From positions 1 through 44,252 of the forward strand of contig DASVHB010000067.1 in the NCBI GenBank assembly GCA_036379195.1: DNA of 44,252 nucleotides. The letters are read 5' to 3'. The position numbers and the translations under genes were made by a program. Below, piece by piece: positions 42,901-44,252 of the stretch. Within the stretch, counting starts at the first letter, position 1, and every line of letters begins with the position of its first letter. The stretch comes from Pirellulales bacterium. GTDB lineage: Bacteria; Planctomycetota; Planctomycetia; Pirellulales; JAICIG01. The notes beneath the pieces are model-generated. The model made no database searches, was not told the origin of the DNA, and worked only from the letters and a program-made list of their open reading frames with translations.

Positions 42901-43959
42901 CCGTTCGACCACCGGTCCGCCGGCGAGCGAGGCTCCGCCCGTGACGCCGAGCGTCGCCTCGGCCAGGCCATAACACGGCACAAAGGCCTCGCGCCGAAAG
43001 CCAAATGGACCGAAGGCTTCGACAAACCGCTCGAGCGTCTCATGCCGCACGGCTTCGGCTCCGTTGAGTACGATCGCCAGACTCGACAGATCGAGCTGGC
43101 GCCGCTCGTCGGGCGAAATCTTCCGCACGCACAAGTCGTAAGCGAAGTTAGGGCCGCCAATGATCGTGCCACGATAGCGCGTCACCGCGGCCAGCCAGCG
43201 CCAGGGCCGCTGGACGAAGGCCAAAGGCGACATCGAGATGGTGCGGCTGCCGCTGTACATCGGCAGCAAAACGGCAGCCACCAGCCCAAAGTCGTGATAC
43301 ATGGGTAGCCAAGTGACGCCGACGGTGCGACTGCCCTGGCCACGCTCGATCTGAGCCACGTTGTGCCACAGATTGCTGTGGTCGATCATTACCCCGCGGG
43401 GCGCGCCGGTCGAGCCGGACGTGTACTGCAGATAGGCCAGGTCTTCGGCCGATACTGCCACGGGCGTCCAATCGCCGGGTGAGACGCTAAGTTCATCGGT
43501 GGCGAGCAGACGCAGGTTGCCGGCCAGGTCGGCCAAGAGCGGCTCGAACCATGCCAATCCCGCCGAACTGCCGAGCACCAACGCCGCCTGGGCATCGGCA
43601 ATCATTGCCTGCAGGCGCGGCAGCGTGCGGTTCAATCGCAATGGTTCGGGCGGGAAGGCGGGAACGGCCACCATGCCGGCGTAGAGGCATCCGAAAAACG
43701 CCGCCACGTATTCCAGGCCCGGCTCATAGAGCAGCAGAATTCGGTCGCCCGGCGCGGCCCGCTGCTGCAACGCCGCTGCGATGGTGCGGGCCCGGCGATC
43801 GAGCGCCGCATAGGTGAAATGCCGCTCCTCCGCTTCGCCATCGACCAGGAAGGTATACGCAACCGTATCAGCTTGCTGCCGCGCCCGCTGGCGCGCTAGC
43901 GCGACGATGTTTTCCGCAACACTGGCGGGGCCTTCGACTTGACGCAACACGGAAGACAT
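27928..43959 (-). CDS. non-ribosomal peptide synthetase NRPS-2: FAAL - T - (C-A-T)x3 - E - C - T - TE (terminal module has no A domain)
   Basis: This is a single 5343-aa ORF. Anchors are given in plus-strand coordinates. FAAL: YTFLVDGEAEE..FTYAALD, LEYVAAFFGCLYAGMVAVPAFPP, and LAYLQYTSGSTGAPRG at 43381-43440. T0: FFEHGGQS (Ser 42070-42072). C1: MHHIIADGWS, about 41462-41500. A1: YTSGSTGKPKG, about 39950-40000. T1: GGHS (Ser 38725-38727). C2: LHHLVADGWS, about 38101-38140. A2: YTSGSTGRPKG, about 36635-36685. T2: GGHS (Ser 35455-35457). C3: LHHIVADGWS, about 34845-34885. A3: YTSGSTGIPKG, about 33361-33410. T3: GGDSI (Ser 32203-32205). E: IHHLVVDTVSW, about 31561-31605. C4: PLSPLQMGMLYH and THHHLLLDGWS, about 30100-30150. 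T4: FFELGGDSI (Ser 28852-28854). TE: GWSFGG (Ser 28456-28458). Confidence 0.92.
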   Translation of the reverse strand: MSSVLRQVEGPASVAENIVALARQRARQQADTVAYTFLVDGEAEERHFTYAALDRRARTIAAALQQRAAPGDRILLLYEPGLEYVAAFFGCLYAGMVAVPAFPPEPLRLNRTLPRLQAMIADAQAALVLGSSAGLAWFEPLLADLAGNLRLLATDELSVSPGDWTPVAVSAEDLAYLQYTSGSTGAPRGVMIDHSNLWHNVAQIERGQGSRTVGVTWLPMYHDFGLVAAVLLPMYSGSRTISMSPLAFVQRPWRWLAAVTRYRGTIIGGPNFAYDLCVRKISPDERRQLDLSSLAIVLNGAEAVRHETLERFVEAFGPFGFRREAFVPCYGLAEATLGVTGGASLAGGPVVERFEISALSRHRAVVGINGRPTRALVSSGRCLARTEVLIVDPDSHSERSARQIGEIWVRSPGVASGYWNRPQETEQAFRAYLPDGRGPYLRTGDLGFLHAGELFVTGRLKDQIIICGRNLYAQDIEDTVGRAHALLKSDAGAAFSIDAEGQERLVVVQELKRTPKNTNLEEVFAAIRQAVLSEHDVPPFAIALIRSGSLPRTTSHKVQRRACRQLFLEEQLEPLYQWRAETHHSALDGAGQPAAPRTETEARLLELWREVLQNDTRGIHDNFFEHGGQSLLATQLVARVRRQWQIDLPLAALFRSPTIASLAAEIDAAPREQCSRATTPLATSNCPSQAPLSFAQQRLYFMDELAPESSLNHLSVAVRVAGPLDGDAMWRSLLAITDRHQSLRTTFARTENGPVQMIHPWQLPTLAEIDLRDSPPEDRQRIAGEHIDAEARRMFDLAQGPLWRVIWLQLADDDHRLLLAMHHIIADGWSMGVLLSELWQVYQAQLLDLPPPLPPLPLQYLDYVTWQRSAEAIAQTEAQLVYWRRQLVDDPPPLELPTDRPRPAAQTYRGATHPIELSTELTSQIEALARDSGATPFVVLLASLQALLHRYTGQTDFCLGAAAANRARPEFEPLVGFFVNMLPLRADLSDDPSFEQLLQRAKQTALTAFDQQEVPFERLVEEFAATRDASRSPLFQVALVVQNTPLPSVPGVAFDEIHTGAAKYDLTFALADRGGRLAGTLEYSTDLFDADTIDRIIANWSALLAAAVAKPAQCVSRLPVMPESERQRLLMDWSSTRWPVNCRAQVADVAQSRLSLRESGATCAERKATMPCCLHELFERQAAQTPDAIAVVFEGRKLSYRELNKRANRLAWHLRRNRKSKIENPKSDVLVAICLERSLDTVVAILGALKSGAAYVPLDPALPAERLQEMLADASPTLVLTQRPLAERLGDFSGPIVCLDEADDQLALQGCENLPPITDAERLAYVIYTSGSTGKPKGVMVSHAAVVAVMQSAGPLYDFGPGDIWTLFHSYAFDFSVWELWGALAFGGRLVVVPRAIARSADSFHQLLIDEQVTVLNQTPAAFNQLMQSDERAGAGAERLALRLVILAGEMLDVAALSGWFDRHGDAKPLLVNMYGITETAIVSTWRPLTCADLLRPAASPIGRPLPGCRVFVLDGQRQPVPIGVPGELYLGGMGLARGYLNRPDLTAERFIASPFEQSRLSLRESTRERDVNGDHRLYRSGDRVRWRANGELEYLGRLDQQVKIRGFRIELGEIETHLARHPHVREAAVVARENGPGGKRLVAYIVPRHGEQNGHAELRDWLKARLPEYMLPAAFVTLDALPLTPHGKLDRRALPQPTGAAVALHAYVAPRSSTEAALADLWAELLGVERVGIDDNFFDLGGHSLLAMQLMTRLRERFRAEIPLRRLFEEPTIARLARAIDSDSPALDCDSRTNDPTWAWPIPIADRQDEMPLSFAQERLFFLEQLEPDSPCYHIPLAVELTGLLNIDALRASLKRLVARHESLRTRFFQRDGRPVHTIADAVELPLPIVDLAHLAPPEQSDEVERLAQAAARQRFDLGAAPVARAQLVRLADERHVFVLVLHHLVADGWSLGLLLRELLDGYKAHAAGRDLPAPALTVQYADYAVWQRGAGASEARQKNLDFWTKALDGVPQWLELPTDRPRPPLPSGQGGQWTTVIPRRLVDRLEQLSRKHDATLYMTLLAAFETLLGRLSGQDRFCLGTPVAGRLRRELESLIGLFVNTLVLPIDLRDHAVGTETPVGETANTGLTFEALLRRVKETTLAAFAHQELPVEYLVKHLQPERHTQRTPLFQVMFALQNTPWPAFDEPGMSIRPLEITTGAAKVDLTLSLRETMDGLQASWEYSSDLLDRETVIRWAGHFQTMLEAIADDPTTSIARLPLLTADQSRQMLIDWNKTACDYPREQCAHELFAERAARRPEAIALLFGNQSLTYGELNRRANQLAHYLRSLGVGAETRVGLLLERSIELIVALLAVSKAGGCYVPLDLDNPAQRLADIIADADPALILSNNSESRIQNTKSLDLSLAADEIALQPSDDPQPLAGAENLAYFMYTSGSTGRPKGIAVPHRAIVRLVWPMNYCPIDDHDVFLHASPSSFDASTFEIWGALARGATLAIAPPGTPEIGKLIDNHRVTVLWLTAALFHALVDEDLESLAGVRRLLAGGDVLSPSRVRRFVERFPECTLINGYGPTEGTTFSCCHTVGLDDPLDGSVPIGRPIDNTQAYVLDENLQPAPVGVPGELYLGGDGLAREYWKLPELTAERFITVKARLYKTGDRARWRADGLLEFLGRLDQQVKLRGFRIEPAEIESQLLRHPQICQAAVVACPDASGGNRLIAFIVPGSSIEGNSPAGAMGSLDIPALRSWLEDVLPGYMIPASFIELATLPLSPHGKLDRSALAARVGDVSTQFARLGEPLADSHRSPRTETEAALTAIWQELLGVEHVGIDDNFFDLGGHSLLAMRVTARVRDQFQIDLPLRRLFETPTIASLAAWLEAGAEQQLGAASGPIAGAAHDSPWPLSFAQERLYFLNQLAPASPMYNIAAAAMLDGSLDAHALQAALQQLIDRHEILRTRFEQRAHGLVQEAIAPLTIDLPVSDLRDLPDEAQTAELERLAGVEARRPFDLAAPPLLRARLLRMNERRHALVLVLHHIVADGWSLGILVGELAALYQARCRGGTAELAPLSVRYADYAVWQRQALDGGALESDLEFWEAALRDMPRALELPADRPRPAAASGRGGEVVSTLPATLVNDLRRLARRGEATLYMTLLAGFELLLGRLSGQERFCLGTPVAGRTRPELEHLIGLFVNTLVLPVDLADGGTSTFETLLERVKQTTLAAFAHQQLPLEKLVDRLQPKRELDRGPLFQVMFALQNSPLPERTFAELSLRPVHVASGAAPFDLTLSLRETGESIEALWQYNSDLFDRETMVRWANHFQTLLTSIVNRPGAPIDEIELLSRDELRQIALAGNDTTRLYPADFVHGQFAEQAARRPDAAALVYGEQLLTYGELNRRANQLAHYLQSRGVGPETCVAIALERSMEMIVAVLGVLKAGGAYLPLDLNYPDERLRFMLDDARPAFVLCHNRKSEIQSLESARWLGQSLGDAPAEMATGACSPIDFGSISAELAQQSTDNPALRAAEHHLAYVIYTSGSTGIPKGVAVEHGSWANLAHAQRDLFLQTTDDRVLQFAPLSFDASVWEISLALASGAALVLSSPEALLPGEPLVQLLRDRRVTIATLPPSILAALPPAELPDLRLIISAGEACRAELVRQWGQGRRFVNAYGPTETTVCATAADCPANEPRPPIGRPLPNVRVDVLDARGRPVPIGVPGELYVGGAGVARGYLNQPELTAERFIDHRLSLRESTHLPGVGVGEARFYRTGDVVRWRPDGQLEFLGRADQQVKIRGFRIEPGEIEAVLRRHPAVREAAVVTREEQPGQPRLFAYVVSAGDNVSVAGLREYLRSQLPGYMAPASLILLDELPLSAHGKLDRAALPAPARHGGGSSDGPREPVSETEQALVEIWRQVLGLEQVGIDDNFFELGGDSIQTLAVVSHARQRGIFFTPRQLFEQPTIAGLAAVASASSAIDAEQGIVMGDVPLTPIQRWFFDTVGWASPTTAPFGETDESVSSAHPTILSQEVLVEVTDTIDASLLEQALTVLVLHHDALRLRLYRAGDGWRQVNAGVEVLSTAFWLEQADQRGLSAAAAEADTQRLLARLRARFDFESGPLVAAAIITTDGASRLLLTIHHLVVDTVSWRIILEDLLTAYRQLAAREPVRLPPKTTSLRQWALRLADYARQNNFAAHQAYWHDLLAAPAGRLRCDFAEGFHEHASATFERTLSSDETAALGELASLYRMPTQDLVLAIVGHALRPLTGDDLMIDIEHHGRDSGRFEAVDLSRTVGWFTSLYPVRLDFAGAASPGESLLRVKPSLRESSARGFEYGVLRYLSHGDTKVPRSPAEICFNYLGQHRQMGQPAALHSRGNDLAQVLTIAADRDQDGQDAAAPRPYLIEVTAEIRNGRLMLRWTYRRNRLRDVALERVAARFVATVRELMSGQPDARVQATPGDFPLARLDDAALARLVGEGRDIEDIYPLSPLQMGMLYHSLAEQPLAAEAASEVHGGGAYIEQLSCRLSGPLDVAAFRQAWRTVIERHTALRTALEWGGLREPLAIVQRHVELPWQDDDWSKYSEREQAARLETLLHDDRRRGFDLAIAPLLRLKLIRLSADEWRLVWTHHHLLLDGWSLPLLLNELMLAYECHAHGQRSLPLPPSRPYRDFIAWLARQDVSRAERYWRDLLRGVTEPTRLCFEAGESTQTRSASEAEMRRASLARRVGAGGATAAADIAPGSAEAHFAIHRHTTRAAAAFARRHQITLNTLLQGAWALVLARHAGSDDVVYGTTMAGRPGTLAGADSMVGLFINTLPVRARLPRESFVVDWLRSLQGQLAETRHHEQTPLASIRRWSELPPGVPLFESLWVFENYPIDAALRSAHAALRPATERAPANREATLGHLRLSEIESRSQTNFPLNVVVSAGDEIALRINYDARRFELADIERLAADYQETLACILNSGQRRLSELPCLCSEQNPWHSVEGGSTSRVSAQDATESVPHRSPSTDLTKSSRSACHRAPRTETERLLADLWRDVLRLDRVGVEDDFFELGGDSIQAVRVMSLAAAQGRIFPPQMLFERPTIAALAAAIDGTIPAGNRADGAPGIVPIRTGGTRIPLVGIHPVGGMVFPYYALARHLGADQSFYAIQSRGLSGGDPHQQIEAMAADYLDQLRTALPTGRFQLAGWSFGGIVAYEMARQIAATGERQPRLILIDSGIDSVGGAAPDAGMAALLGLYGAADRRSLAELESLSDDERLRYFTAQISAAGLAPAHLPDADARRLLSVFEANARAGLAYRPRPAPVQAVLLRSEEHTERNGRDPSLGWKSLLEGGLEIESLPGNHLTLLREPHVRALAERLERIVS
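29840..29898. repeat. family B REP-like copy, in frame in the last C domain (C4) of NRPS-2
   Basis: The arms ccaacccgacgcgcaagcgagg (29840-29861) and cctcgcttgcgcttcgggtttg (29877-29898) each match the intergenic arms at 10452/10489 at 20/22. The loop is also 15 nt. The element encodes ..TQTRSASEAEMRRASLARRVG.. Confidence 0.8.
31940..32010. repeat. two family A hairpin units, in frame at the T3-E junction region of NRPS-2
   Basis: The two units are gggtgggcgctgctcacc (31943-31960) and ggtgggcgatgcccatcctac (31990-32010). On the coding strand they read VGWASPT...VSSAHPT, the same VGW..SAHPT reading as the intergenic unit at 1223-1262. Confidence 0.7.
32743..32761. repeat. family D element (degenerate copy), in frame in A3 of NRPS-2
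   Basis: gctttctctaagcgaaagc. It encodes RLSLRES in the loop preceding the YRTGD motif. Confidence 0.6.
33516..33541. repeat. family C REP-like core, in frame in A3 of NRPS-2
   Basis: The reverse complement ggggcagagccttggcgatgccccgg matches the NRPS-1 copy (19216-19241) at 24/26. It encodes GQSLGDAPA, compared with GQSLSDAPD in NRPS-1. Confidence 0.75.
33554..33588. repeat. imperfect heptamer tract (GATTYTN)x5, in frame in A3 of NRPS-2
   Basis: gattcta gactttg gatttcg gattttc gattgtg. This is an AT-rich patch in a GC-rich ORF. It encodes HNRKSEIQSLES. Confidence 0.8.
36761..36795. repeat. imperfect heptamer tract (GATTYTN)x5, in frame in A2 of NRPS-2
   Basis: gattttg tattctg gattctc gattctg aattgtt. 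It encodes NNSESRIQNTKS. Confidence 0.8.
39262..39280. repeat. family D palindrome GCTTTCGC-GGA-GCGAAAGC, in frame in A1 of NRPS-2
   Basis: gctttcgcggagcgaaagc has 8-bp arms. It encodes SRLSLRES in the loop before YRSGD. Confidence 0.8.
40280..40314. repeat. heptamer tract (GATTTTN)x5, in frame in A1 of NRPS-2
   Basis: gattttg gattttc gatttta gattttc gatttcg. It encodes RNRKSKIENPKSD and replaces the usual GVxxE loop between the A1 and A2 core motifs. Confidence 0.85.
40454..40505. repeat. family D extended copy: perfect 18-bp inverted repeat, in frame in the C1-A1 linker of NRPS-2
   Basis: gtcgcctttcgctccgcg (40454-40471) and cgcggagcgaaaggcgac (40488-40505) are exact reverse complements with a 16-nt spacer. 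The element encodes SRLSLRESGATCAERKAT. Confidence 0.85.
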
Positions 43960-44130
43960 GCCGCCCCATAACAGGTGGACCTTGGAGTGAGCCTGTTTGT
44001 TCCAGCTTAATTAGCCGAAAGCAAATCGCCACCGGCAGGCGCGCCGTGAAGTTCACGTTTTAAGGCTGCGAGTGTTGCGAAAAATCACCAGGCTGCCACG
44101 GCGCAACGGCACGCCAACGGGTAGGCGGCG

Positions 44131-44250
44131 TTAATGCCCCGGATGGCCGTCCTGAGTGATTTCTTCCAGGAGCGTCGTGGATGAGAACAGCGGATTCCGA
44201 TCGACCTGCTTCACGAAGCCCACGCCGGGGGCAAGCCACTGCTCTTCGGT
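44131..44250 (-). CDS. 3' end of an unidentified gene upstream of NRPS-2 (partial, runs out of the window)
   Basis: My own translation of the minus strand gives ..TEEQWLAPGVGFVKQVDRNPLFSSTTLLEEITQDGHPGH*, with the stop at tta 44131-44133. The composition looks protein-like, unlike the two other frames. It is too short to appear in the ORF track and I recognised no family. Confidence 0.3.
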   Translation of the reverse strand, partial: TEEQWLAPGVGFVKQVDRNPLFSSTTLLEEITQDGHPGH

Positions 44251-44252
44251 GG

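Noticed and set aside
43868-44056. A 62-aa minus-strand ORF overlapping the NRPS-2 start region, considered as a small MbtH-like or leader gene.
   Set aside because: It lies in a different frame overlapping the NRPS-2 N-terminus. It has no MbtH signature (no conserved Trp pattern) and an Arg/Ala-rich composition.

Overview
This is a 44.25-kb GC-rich bacterial chromosomal segment. Hand-counted 60-nt lines are mostly 65-70% GC. I recognised no rRNA, tRNA, CRISPR array, transposase or integrase.

Left third (1-16 kb):
- kbl.
- A translationally coupled hpnC-hpnD-hpnE squalene operon on the minus strand, with two ATGA stop/start overlaps, divergent from ispH.
- A PAS-rich hybrid histidine kinase (HisKA-HATPase-REC-REC-Hpt).
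- A FadL/OMPP1-type outer-membrane channel.
- A SnoaL-like cyclase plus cytochrome P450 pair.
- A secreted C25 (gingipain-like) peptidase.
- ComM/YifB.

Right two thirds: a ~28-kb non-ribosomal peptide locus made of two convergent megasynthetase genes. Both begin with a fatty-acyl-AMP-ligase (FAAL) plus carrier loading unit.
- NRPS-1 is 2329 aa, FAAL-T-C-A-T-E, with no release domain.
- NRPS-2 is 5343 aa, FAAL-T-(C-A-T)x3-E-C-T-TE, and its last module has no A domain.

Between the two NRPS 3' ends lie three things:
- A secreted YHS/TRASH-like protein.
- An Ala/Gln/Arg-rich coiled-coil protein.
- A lower-GC two-gene module (wHTH AbiEi-like plus nucleotidyltransferase AbiEii-like). It has a near-consensus promoter, nested palindromic operators and a probably leaderless start.

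Three features look most unusual:
- The twin FAAL-primed NRPS architecture with an E-terminated line and an A-less C-T-TE module.
- A 20-nt palindromic -10 box shared by the NRPS-1 promoter region and the AbiEi-like promoter.
- At least 15 short palindromic or heptameric repeat elements inserted in frame inside the NRPS and C25 ORFs. Several have intergenic paralogues in this same window.

The repeat types, hpnCDE and the C25 peptidase suggest a Planctomycetota-like genome. That is inference only.
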